Source: Candidatus Eiseniibacteriota bacterium
GTDB taxonomy: Bacteria > Eisenbacteria > RBG-16-71-46 > CAZAMP01
Assembly: GCA_965224245.1 (NCBI GenBank)
Contig: OZ245046.1
Span: forward strand, 1,120,001 to 1,184,000
Direction of reading: 5' to 3'
DNA length: 64,000 nucleotides
Shown: positions 55,531-64,000 of the stretch, piece by piece
Layout of the letters: every line of letters begins with the position of its first letter
Numbering within the stretch: the first letter of the stretch is position 1
Position numbers and translations under genes: made by a program
Notes under the pieces: model-generated
Databases searched by the model: none
What the model saw: the letters and a program-made list of their open reading frames with translations, nothing else
What the model was told of the DNA's origin: nothing

Positions 55531-56205
55531 ATGCGAGTACTCGTGGTCGAGGACTACGCGCCGCTGCGACGTTCGCTGGAGCGCGGGCTGCGCGAGGCGG
55601 GGTATGCGGTCGATGCCGTCGCCGACGGCGCCGACGGGCTCGCGTACGCGCGCTGCGACGTCTACGACGTCGTCGTGCTCGACGTCATGCTGCCGTCGAT
55701 GGACGGGCTCACCGTCCTGGAGCGCCTGCGCGGCGACGGCAACGCGGCCCGCGTGCTGCTCCTGACGGCGCGCGACACTGTCGATGATCGCGTGAACGGA
55801 CTCGACCGCGGCGCCGACGACTATCTCGTGAAGCCGTTCGCGTTCGAGGAGCTCCTGGCCCGCGTGCGCGCGCTCGTTCGCCGGCGCCATCGGCAGGCGC
55901 GCCCCACGATCACGATCGACGATCTGGAGATCGACACGTCCGCGCGCGCCGTGCGCCGCGGCGGTGAGCCGGTGGAGCTGACCGCGCGCGAGTACAGCAT
56001 CCTCGAGGTGCTCGCGCGGCGTGTGGACCAGGTCGTGACGCGCGACGAGATCTGGGACGCGATCTACGACTTCGACGCCGAGCGTGGCAGCAACGTGGTC
56101 GACGTGTACGTGGGGTACATTCGCCGCAAGCTCGAACGCAACGGCAGGCGGCGGCTCCTGCACACACGACGGGGGATCGGGTACGTGCTGAGCGGTGCAC
56201 CGTGA
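55531..56205 (+). CDS. OmpR-family response regulator
   Basis: MRVLVVED, LDVMLP, LLLTARD, GADDYLVKPF, winged helix SNVVDVYVGYIRRKL. Confidence 0.95.
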   Translation: MRVLVVEDYAPLRRSLERGLREAGYAVDAVADGADGLAYARCDVYDVVVLDVMLPSMDGLTVLERLRGDGNAARVLLLTARDTVDDRVNGLDRGADDYLVKPFAFEELLARVRALVRRRHRQARPTITIDDLEIDTSARAVRRGGEPVELTAREYSILEVLARRVDQVVTRDEIWDAIYDFDAERGSNVVDVYVGYIRRKLERNGRRRLLHTRRGIGYVLSGAP

Positions 56206-57659
56206 TGCGGTCGATTCGCCGATCACTTCTGACCACGAGTGCGCTCGGGACCGCCGCTCTCGTGGTGCTCGCGGGGGCGGCGCTGGATCGCGGCGCCGTG
56301 GCGGTCCTCACCGGCGAGCTGGATCTCGGGCTCACCGAGACGGCGCGCCTCCTGGCCTCCACGATCGAGAAGACACCCAAGGGCATCGAGCTGGCCATCG
56401 AGGACGACGACCTCCGTGGCATCACGAGCGCCGGCGACGGCGCCTGCCTCTGGATCTGGCTGGAGAGTGACTCGCTGCTCCGCGCGATTCCGGACACCCT
56501 CGACGTCACGATGAGCCCCCGAGCGGGACACGCCGTCGGCACGACGTTTCGGAGCGGGACGGTGGGAGAGTCGGTGCCCGTCCGCGTGATCGAGCACACC
56601 TTCGCCGCGCGCGTCGATCTCGAGGAGGACGACGACGACGAGCCGGCCGGGGTGAGGGTGGAGCACGAGGACGCGCCCCTCGTGACGGTGCTTCTCGCTC
56701 GTCCCACGGAGCGGCTGAACGCGCTGATCGGGCGATTGCGCCTCCTGATCGCGGGCGTGGGGGCCAGTGTCGTGCTGCTCGGCGCCGCGGTGCTCCTGGG
56801 CAGTGTCGGGCGCGGTCTCCGACCTCTCGAGCGACTGGGGGCGGAGATCGCGCACCTCGACGAGCGAACGCTCTCGTCGCGCGTCGAGGTACCGGACGCC
56901 CCGGTCGAGATCCGGCCCATCGTCGGCCGGCTGAACGAGCTCCTGGCGCGTCTGGAAGGCGCGTTCGTGCGGGAACGACGCTTCAGCGCCGACGTCGCCC
57001 ACGAGCTCCGGACGCCTCTGACGGGTCTTCGGACGGCGATCGAGGTCGAGCTGACCCGTCCCAGGACCGCCGAGGAGTACCGGCGTGTGCTCGTCGAGTC
57101 GCTCGGGATCGTGACCCGGATGCAGGTACTCGTGCAGCGCATGCTGACGCTCTCCCGGCTCGACGCCGGATCGTTCCAGGTGGACGAGACCCGGATGGAT
57201 CTGGCCGACCTCGTCCGGTCGACCTGGAACATGGTGTCCGCGGACGCCAGCGCCAAGCGTTTGACGGTCGACCGATCGGTGACGGAGGCGATCCCGGTCC
57301 AGACCGACCCGGCGCTGATGGAGATGATCGTTCGCAACCTGATCGAGAACGCCGTCATGCACGCCGACGCGGGAGGGACGCTGACGCTGTCACTGAACGG
57401 GGACGAGCGACGGGCCGTGCTCCGCGTCTCGAACACCGGCTGCACGCTCTCGCAGGCGGACGTACCGCCCCTCTTCGACCGGTTCACGCGCGCGGACCTG
57501 GCGCGTCGGGCCGACGACGGGCACGTCGGGCTGGGCCTGGCCCTCGTGCGGCAGGCCGCCGATGCCCTCGGCCTCGAGGTGGACGTGAGCGCGGCTCCGG
57601 GTGGGGAGTTCTCCGCGACGCTCCGGATCGACCGGCCGGCTCCCCGCTCGGCGGGCTGA
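56202..57659 (+). CDS. sensor histidine kinase (HAMP, HisKA, HATPase), CusS/QseC-like
   Basis: two TM helices; FSADVAHELRTPL, NLIENA, LFDRF, GLGLALV. Confidence 0.93.
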   Translation: MMRSIRRSLLTTSALGTAALVVLAGAALDRGAVAVLTGELDLGLTETARLLASTIEKTPKGIELAIEDDDLRGITSAGDGACLWIWLESDSLLRAIPDTLDVTMSPRAGHAVGTTFRSGTVGESVPVRVIEHTFAARVDLEEDDDDEPAGVRVEHEDAPLVTVLLARPTERLNALIGRLRLLIAGVGASVVLLGAAVLLGSVGRGLRPLERLGAEIAHLDERTLSSRVEVPDAPVEIRPIVGRLNELLARLEGAFVRERRFSADVAHELRTPLTGLRTAIEVELTRPRTAEEYRRVLVESLGIVTRMQVLVQRMLTLSRLDAGSFQVDETRMDLADLVRSTWNMVSADASAKRLTVDRSVTEAIPVQTDPALMEMIVRNLIENAVMHADAGGTLTLSLNGDERRAVLRVSNTGCTLSQADVPPLFDRFTRADLARRADDGHVGLGLALVRQAADALGLEVDVSAAPGGEFSATLRIDRPAPRSAG

Positions 57660-57755
57660 CCGACCCCGCGCGGCCGCCGTCTTGCGGGCCCCGCCGGGCC
57701 TCGCTACTCTGCCCCCTCGCCACGAAGGACCCCCACGGAAGAGAGAACGGCTCAC

Positions 57756-60221
57756 GTGTCACTCGATGAGAAGCGCTCGATCTGGGATCGCCTGATCTAC
57801 GGCGCGGCGCTCGTGTTCGGTCTCGCGGCGCCGTGGTCCATCGCGCTGGCGCAGACCGGCATCGTGAGCCTGGCACTGTTCGCGATTGCCCGGCGGCTCT
57901 CGCGTCGATCGGCGCCACCGCCGTGGCCCTGGACGCTGATCGCGGTGGCGGCCTATCTTGTGGTTCAGGCGCTCTCGATCCCGCTCGGGATCCACCCGGG
58001 ACACTCTCTCTCCTGCTATCGCGGCTCGTGGGTGCTCCTGTTCCCGTTCGTGTTCTGGGACGTGTTGCAGGACGCGCGCGTCCGGCGGACGGCGAGCGTT
58101 GCCCTTCTCGTCAGCGGCACGCTGGCGGCCGCGTACGGCGTCCTTCAATACGTGCAGGGCGTCGACTGGCTGCACGATCGCGAGACGCTCGAGCGGGTCG
58201 GCAACGGCTACATGGCGGTCGGCAACCTGAGCAGTCACCTGACCTACGCGGGAGTCCAGCTCCCGATCTTCTTCCTCGCCATCGGGACCGCGCTCGCGAC
58301 GTGCGGCCGCCGCCGGGCGATCGCCGGGCTGGCGGCGGCCGTTCTGGGCGCGAGCGTGCTGCTGAGCTTCACGCGGTCGGCCTGGGTGGGGGCGGCCGCC
58401 GGCGTCGCGTTCGTCGTGATCGGCCTCGGATGGAGACGGGCCGCCGTCGTCGTCGGGGCGCTGGTCATTCTGGTGGGCGGGGTCGCGCTGAGCGACTCGG
58501 CGCTCGTCTCGCGATTCACGTCGATCCTGGACGTCACCGATCGGCCGCGGTGGCGACTCTGGCAGACCGCGCTCCGGATCCTGGCCGAGCATCCGGTGCT
58601 CGGGGCGGGCCTCGGGTCGTTTCCCGCGCTGTTCCCCGTCTACAAGGTGGCCGGCGTCTACAAGTCCACGATCCATCCGCACAGCGACGTGCTGAACGCG
58701 GCGGTGGAGACCGGGCTCGTGGGGGCGTCGGTATGGATCGGGATCTGGGTCGCGTTCTTCCGGGAGAGCCGCGTCGTGCGCGCGCTCGGGGCCCGGGCGT
58801 GGATCCCACGCGGGATCGCGGCCGGGGTGTTCGCCCTCCTCGTCGCGGGGCTGGGTCAGTGCTACTCGACCGACGAGGAGGTGGCCCAGGTCTGGTTCTT
58901 CCTGATGATCGTCGCGCTCGTCGAGAGCGGCCTCGACACCGAGGGCGGGCGAGCACCGCTCAAGCGCCTGCGGCGGAAGGCAAAGGCGTGGTCGTTGCCG
59001 CTGGCGAGGCGGCTCTTCGCGAGGCGCGGCGAGGTACCGGCGACGTCGCCGTCACCCGGTCCCCCGACGGCGTCCCGGCGATCGTCGTGGCCCGGTGACC
59101 TCGCCGGGCCCGGATCCGTCCTCGTCGTGCGCCCCGACGATCGTCTCGGCAACCTGATTCTGATGACCCCGTTCCTGGCCCGGCTCCGCGACGCGCTTCC
59201 CGGGGCCCGCATCGGCATGCTCGTGGGCAGCGTGTACGCCCCGCTCCTTCGCGCCTGGCCGTGGGTCGACACGCTGATCGTGCAGGACAAGCGGGCACAC
59301 ATCCGGGCTCCCTGGACGTTCGGCACCTGGCTGGCCGGAATCCGGAGCGCGCGCTGGGACGTCGCGTTCGAGATGTCGAATCACAACACCCACTCGTACT
59401 ACAGCTGCCTCCTGGCGCTCGCGTCCGGCGCGTCCGAGCGAGTGGGCTTCGACGAGCCCCGGAACCAGGACGTGCTCACGCGCCCGGTGCCGGCGCCGGA
59501 CGCGACGATGCACTTCTCGCTCACGCCGCTGACGCTGCTCGGGTCGATGGGCTGGCCGGCCGAGCCGCTCGCGATCTCGTGCCCGCTCGCGGATGGGGAT
59601 GACGGGGCGACGCCGGCGATGTCACCGCCCCTCGACGGGCCGTACGTGATCGTCCACGTCGGCGGCCGCGGCACCAAGAGCCTCGACGACGAGGCGTGGA
59701 GCGCCTTTCTCGATGCGGCGACCAATCTCTTCGATGGGACGATCGTGCTGATCGCCGGGCCGGGCGAGCGGGATCGGCTGCGCTTCCTCCGTGCCATGGC
59801 CAGCGAGGCGGGGTCCGATGGCGACCGCGTGCGCGTGGCGCCTCCGCTGGAGCCGGTCGCGCTCGCGAGGCTGATCCGGGGGGCGGCGTGCTACGTCGGA
59901 TGCGATACGGGGGTCATGCACCTCGCGGTCGCGCTCGGGACCCCGACGGCTGCCCTCTTCTTTCGATCAAACCCCTATCATTACGCCCCTCTGGGGCGGC
60001 AACATGCCACCGTGCTCCTGGCCAATCCGTACGGCGTGGAGCCCGAGATCTGGAAGGGCGCCTCGGCGCTCGACCGCAGTCGTCTGGTGATCGCCCACGG
60101 GGACTCGCCGCGCTCGGCGGCCGGCGTCCCCGAGACCGGGGCGCGGGCGAACGCGGCCATGCTCGATGCGTTCTCGTTCACGCTGTCGAGCGGGACCGGA
60201 ACCCTCGACGTTCGGACCTGA
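57756..60221 (+). CDS. fusion of O-antigen ligase (WaaL-like) and GT9 heptosyltransferase-like domain
   Basis: N-half multi-TM with SFTRSAW, RWRLW, HPVLGAG, HPHSDVL...ETGLVG; C-half RPDDRLGNLILMTP, GCDTGVMHLAVALGTPT; one uninterrupted frame. Confidence 0.8.
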   Translation: MSLDEKRSIWDRLIYGAALVFGLAAPWSIALAQTGIVSLALFAIARRLSRRSAPPPWPWTLIAVAAYLVVQALSIPLGIHPGHSLSCYRGSWVLLFPFVFWDVLQDARVRRTASVALLVSGTLAAAYGVLQYVQGVDWLHDRETLERVGNGYMAVGNLSSHLTYAGVQLPIFFLAIGTALATCGRRRAIAGLAAAVLGASVLLSFTRSAWVGAAAGVAFVVIGLGWRRAAVVVGALVILVGGVALSDSALVSRFTSILDVTDRPRWRLWQTALRILAEHPVLGAGLGSFPALFPVYKVAGVYKSTIHPHSDVLNAAVETGLVGASVWIGIWVAFFRESRVVRALGARAWIPRGIAAGVFALLVAGLGQCYSTDEEVAQVWFFLMIVALVESGLDTEGGRAPLKRLRRKAKAWSLPLARRLFARRGEVPATSPSPGPPTASRRSSWPGDLAGPGSVLVVRPDDRLGNLILMTPFLARLRDALPGARIGMLVGSVYAPLLRAWPWVDTLIVQDKRAHIRAPWTFGTWLAGIRSARWDVAFEMSNHNTHSYYSCLLALASGASERVGFDEPRNQDVLTRPVPAPDATMHFSLTPLTLLGSMGWPAEPLAISCPLADGDDGATPAMSPPLDGPYVIVHVGGRGTKSLDDEAWSAFLDAATNLFDGTIVLIAGPGERDRLRFLRAMASEAGSDGDRVRVAPPLEPVALARLIRGAACYVGCDTGVMHLAVALGTPTAALFFRSNPYHYAPLGRQHATVLLANPYGVEPEIWKGASALDRSRLVIAHGDSPRSAAGVPETGARANAAMLDAFSFTLSSGTGTLDVRT

Positions 60222-60224
60222 GAC

Positions 60225-62240
60225 ATGCGATTCGTGCAAGCCCGACTCTACGGACGCCTCCTGACGTTCCTGCGACCCCACCTGGGGACGCTCGTGGCGT
60301 CGGTGATCTTCATGATGGGATTCGCCGCGCTGAGCGGGTTCTCGCTCGCCATGATCGTGCCGTTCACCGAGATCGTCCTGTCCGGTGACGGTCCGGCCGA
60401 GCTGGCGACGCGCCACGATCGCACGTCCGGCGACGTGACTCTCCCCCCGGGAGTGGCCACGCCGGGCGACGACGGTGCGAGCGTCGCGGGGGACGAGGCG
60501 AGCACGAGTGGCGGCGGCGTGCGAGGCGTGGAGGCCGGCGGCAACCCGACATCCGGCGGCGAACGGCTCGATCTCCGCGCCGAGGTGGAGCGGCGTTTCT
60601 ACGACGCGATAAGCGGATCCACGCGGCGTTCCACCGTGAGTCGCTTCTGTCTCGCGGTGCTCCTGATCTTTCTGGCCAAGAACCTCTTCTGGTACGCGCA
60701 GAGCTTCCTGATCGTGAAGGTCGAACAGAACGTCATTCGCGACATCCGGAACCGCGTGTTCCGGCACTATCAGACGCTCTCGCTCGACTACTTCTCCGCC
60801 CACAACACCGGCACGCTGATCTCGCGCGTGACGAACGACATCGATCTGATCCGGGGCGCGATCGCCAACGGATTCGCCAACCTCATCCGCCAGAGCTTGC
60901 TCCTCTGCGTGTATCTGATCACGGTGCTCCTGGCCAACTGGCAGCTCTTTCTACTGGCCGTGCTCGTGCTGCCGCCGAACCTGTGGCTGATCGATCGGAT
61001 CGGGAGCACGCTGCGCCGGTCCAGCCGCGTCTCGCAGTCGAAGATGGCGCGGCTCACCGCGGTGCTGGACGAAGCGATCGGCGGCATGCGCATCGTCAAG
61101 GCGTTCGGGCTGGAGCGAAACCGGATCGAGCACTTCGGCGACGCCACCGAGAGCTACGCGCGTGTGATGATCCGGATGACACGCATCGGATCCCTCGCGT
61201 CGCCGTTGACCGAGATGCTGGGAGTGCTCGTGGCCGTCGGGATCCTCTGGTGGGTGGGAACGCGCGTGACCGACGGCAGCGCCACGTCCGGGCGCTTCCT
61301 AGTGTTCCTCGTCGGCATGTTGTCGATGATGCAGCCGATCAAGCAGCTCTCCCAGGTGAACATGCGCGTGCAGCAGGGGCTCGCGGCCGCCCGGCGGGTG
61401 TTCGACGTCATCGACACCGTGCCCACCGTGCGTGAGCGAGCAGACGCGCGCCGGGTCACCGGCGTCGAGGACGCGGTCCGGTTCGAGGGCGTCGAGTTCC
61501 GCTACCGCGAGGACAGCGCCGTGCTCCGAGGCATCGACCTCGAGATCCCCAGGGGGTCGGTCGTGGCGCTCGTGGGACCGTCGGGCGCGGGAAAGTCCAC
61601 GATGGCAGACCTGGTGCCGCGCTTCCACGATCCGACCGGGGGGCGCCTGACGCTCGACGGCGTGGACCTGCGCGATCTCCGCCTGGCCGATCTCCGCCGC
61701 AACATCGGCATCGTCACCCAGGACACGATCCTGTTCGAGGGGAGCGTCCGCGAGAACGTCGCCATGGGGCGAGAGGGCGCCAGCGACGCCGAGGTCGAGG
61801 CGGCCTGCCGCGCGGCCAATGCGCACGAGTTCATCGTGAAGATGTCGGACGGGTACGACACGTGGATCGGCGAACGGGGTCGCCTGCTCTCGGGAGGACA
61901 GCGGCAGCGTCTGTCCATCGCCCGCGCGCTGTTGCGCAATCCGCCGATCCTGATCCTGGACGAGGCGACGTCGTCACTCGACTCGGAGTCCGAGGCGCTC
62001 GTCCAGGAGGCGATCCTGCACTTGCTCCGGGACCGCACGTCGATCGTCGTCGCGCACCGGCTCTCGACGGTCCGCCACGCCGACAAGATCGTCGTCCTGT
62101 CGGAAGGGCGCATCGTGCAGACGGGCACCCACGACGAGCTGATGGCCACGCCGGGGCTGTACCGCAAGCTGTACGAGATGCAGCAGCTCGAAAGCCAGAC
62201 CCCGTCGCGGGACTGGGTGGTGGCACCGGAGGAATCGTGA
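60225..62240 (+). CDS. msbA: MsbA-like ABC exporter (TMD plus NBD)
   Basis: GTLISRVTND, GPSGAGKST, LSGGQRQR, ILDEATS, AHRLST; adjacent to an LPS glycosyltransferase. Confidence 0.85.
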   Translation: MRFVQARLYGRLLTFLRPHLGTLVASVIFMMGFAALSGFSLAMIVPFTEIVLSGDGPAELATRHDRTSGDVTLPPGVATPGDDGASVAGDEASTSGGGVRGVEAGGNPTSGGERLDLRAEVERRFYDAISGSTRRSTVSRFCLAVLLIFLAKNLFWYAQSFLIVKVEQNVIRDIRNRVFRHYQTLSLDYFSAHNTGTLISRVTNDIDLIRGAIANGFANLIRQSLLLCVYLITVLLANWQLFLLAVLVLPPNLWLIDRIGSTLRRSSRVSQSKMARLTAVLDEAIGGMRIVKAFGLERNRIEHFGDATESYARVMIRMTRIGSLASPLTEMLGVLVAVGILWWVGTRVTDGSATSGRFLVFLVGMLSMMQPIKQLSQVNMRVQQGLAAARRVFDVIDTVPTVRERADARRVTGVEDAVRFEGVEFRYREDSAVLRGIDLEIPRGSVVALVGPSGAGKSTMADLVPRFHDPTGGRLTLDGVDLRDLRLADLRRNIGIVTQDTILFEGSVRENVAMGREGASDAEVEAACRAANAHEFIVKMSDGYDTWIGERGRLLSGGQRQRLSIARALLRNPPILILDEATSSLDSESEALVQEAILHLLRDRTSIVVAHRLSTVRHADKIVVLSEGRIVQTGTHDELMATPGLYRKLYEMQQLESQTPSRDWVVAPEES

Positions 62241-62821
62241 CGTTGCCGTTCGGCCTGCTCGTCGCGGGCGGGATCCTGGCCGCCGCGGCCGCGGCCGCGG
62301 TCGAGGGCGATGTCGAGTCGCGCGTGCTGCAAGGCATGGTGGTGGCGTGCCCCGGCGCCGAGATCGTGACCCTCGGGGCGCCCGACGTGGCAGCCCTCTC
62401 GCTGGATGACATGGCGCCGGGAGGTCCTCCGATCGGGGAGGAAGGCCAGCCGCCGTGTGTGATCTGGTCGCCCGACAGCGCGGCGCGCGTCGTGCTCACG
62501 TTCATCGACTCACCACCCCAGTGCTTCGTTCGGTCGTCGCGACACGGGATCGGAAGCGCCGTCCTCCACGACTTCACCGGACGCGATCTGCTATCGGCGG
62601 AGTGGATCGATCCCGATCGCTTTCTCACGATCACGTCTCCTCGTGACTCTCTCTTCGCCGAGCTCGATGGTCCATTGCGCGCGACGCTCGACGACTTCGC
62701 CCGTCACGAGCGAACGACGTGGGAGCCCGTCTTTCGCGGAGAGCTTCCGGAGTCGTCGGCGCTGGCGGACACCGTCCGTCGGCGGGAATCGCACGACGCT
62801 TGCGGCGCCGAGCACCCCTGA
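62237..62821 (+). CDS. hypothetical exported protein
   Basis: GGAGG RBS, GTGA overlap with the msbA stop, signal-like N-terminus. Confidence 0.55.
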   Translation: MTLPFGLLVAGGILAAAAAAAVEGDVESRVLQGMVVACPGAEIVTLGAPDVAALSLDDMAPGGPPIGEEGQPPCVIWSPDSAARVVLTFIDSPPQCFVRSSRHGIGSAVLHDFTGRDLLSAEWIDPDRFLTITSPRDSLFAELDGPLRATLDDFARHERTTWEPVFRGELPESSALADTVRRRESHDACGAEHP

Positions 62822-62926
62822 GCTCGCTCCGGCGGGCGTCTCTGCCCGAGGCGTTCGCGCCCTCGGGATGTGCTAGAGTCGATCTCTCGATCCCTCGAAG
62901 ACCCCGCGGCTCTGCCGGAGACGCCC

Positions 62927-64000
62927 GTGAAACCGTCCATGCTCTGTCTCGTCCCGCTCGTCATCGGCTGGGCCGCCGCCGATGCCCACGCCCAGATCGA
63001 CGTCCGGGACGAGATCTTCTACCAGATCATGCCGATCGCGTGGCGCGACGCCGACGGTGACACGTACCGGTTCGGGGACTTCGGCGGAATGACCGCGTCG
63101 CTCGGCTACCTCGGCGACCTCGGCGTGACCGCGATCTGGCTGAACCCGATCTTTCCATCGCCGGCGTATCACGGCTATCAGCACGGCCGCGCCGACGAGC
63201 TGAACGCCTGGTTCGGCACCGACTCCGACTTCGTCGCCTTCGTGGAGGCGGCGCACGCCGCCGGGATCAAGGTCTTCGTGGATCTCGTGTGCTACGGGAT
63301 CAGTCACGATTCTCCGTGGTTCGCCGACGCGTACGGCAACCCGGCGAGCCCGTACGACACGTGGCTGGCGTTCGAGAACCCGGCGAACACCGAGTACCTC
63401 GGCAGCGTCTACACGACGTGGAACGGATCGACGGTGGGCTTCATCCACTGGGACCTGCGCGATTCGAACCCCGTGTCGCTGGTCACCGGCTGGGCCGAGA
63501 AGTGGCTCGACCCCGACGGCAACGGCGACTTCACCGACGGGATCGACGGCTACCGCCTCGATCACGTCTGGCGCACGTATCCCTACGGACCCGACGGCTG
63601 GGGCTACCACCTCGACACGTTCTGGGCGCCCTGGCGCGATGCGCTTCGGGCCGTGAATCCCGACGTGTTCGTCTTCGCCGAGCAGGCCGACTGGGGCTCG
63701 CACGGCTCGGAGCTCCTGTCCGGGCTGGACGCCGCGTTCACCAAGCCCTTCGAGTTCGCCGCACGCCATGCGCTCCAGATCGAGGAGTCCGGTCCGCTGT
63801 ACGGAGAGATGGCCACCACCCTGGCCACGCTGAACGGCGTGACCGAGGGCACGTACCTGTGCACGATCGGCAATCACGACGTGGATCGTCTGGCCACGTC
63901 GATCGGGGACGACTTCGAGAAAGGCAAGGCCGCGGCGGCGGTCCTCTTGACCCAGCCGCTGCCGCCGGTCATCTACCACGGCGACGAGATCGGAATGCGC
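62927..64000 (+). CDS. secreted GH13 alpha-amylase family protein, 3'-truncated (absent from the ORF track)
   Basis: translated by hand: signal peptide, IFYQIMP, GDFGG, LGVTAIWLNPIF, YHGY, DGYRLDHV, AEQ, NHD. Confidence 0.88.
   Translation, partial: MKPSMLCLVPLVIGWAAADAHAQIDVRDEIFYQIMPIAWRDADGDTYRFGDFGGMTASLGYLGDLGVTAIWLNPIFPSPAYHGYQHGRADELNAWFGTDSDFVAFVEAAHAAGIKVFVDLVCYGISHDSPWFADAYGNPASPYDTWLAFENPANTEYLGSVYTTWNGSTVGFIHWDLRDSNPVSLVTGWAEKWLDPDGNGDFTDGIDGYRLDHVWRTYPYGPDGWGYHLDTFWAPWRDALRAVNPDVFVFAEQADWGSHGSELLSGLDAAFTKPFEFAARHALQIEESGPLYGEMATTLATLNGVTEGTYLCTIGNHDVDRLATSIGDDFEKGKAAAAVLLTQPLPPVIYHGDEIGMR

Noticed and set aside
1-64000. tRNA, rRNA, CRISPR arrays, IS elements, prophage, recoded stops or programmed frameshifts
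   Set aside because: None recognised by eye and the identified genes appear intact; small RNAs could be missed without covariance searches

Overview
High-GC (about 70% by eye), gene-dense chromosomal window from a diderm bacterium. C-terminal FlgD-Ig/T9SS-like domains on secreted proteins suggest an FCB-affiliated candidate lineage such as Eisenbacteria, Krumholzibacteriota or Latescibacterota (inference). I saw no rRNA, tRNA, CRISPR array, transposase or phage genes. Main blocks: (1) secreted propeller proteins and a SWIM-SNF2 helicase; (2) a multiheme respiratory cluster (19-heme c/b fusion, 8-heme cytochrome, NrfC- and NrfD-like subunits) with no catalytic subunit; (3) a polyamine locus (speD-like, acidic microprotein, deoxyhypusine-synthase-like) with an RBS-sequestering leader, divergent from an SLC12-type transporter and an ATP-grasp ligase; (4) the strongest candidate for an undescribed system, a tightly coupled 11-gene minus-strand operon: hemerythrin, 2-oxoacid:ferredoxin oxidoreductase alpha/beta, a PFOR-derived pseudoenzyme-ferredoxin, rnfB, a second 1206-aa PFOR-derived pseudoenzyme, rnfCDGEA; (5) recQ, MarR/hmgA, ECF sigma/STAS, an RND pump, an OmpR-family two-component system, a WaaL-GT9 fusion beside msbA, and a partial GH13. 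A palindrome TGATGC-N4-GCATCA recurs in three intergenic regions. All family calls come from motif recognition by eye, and start codons were adjusted by RBS inspection.
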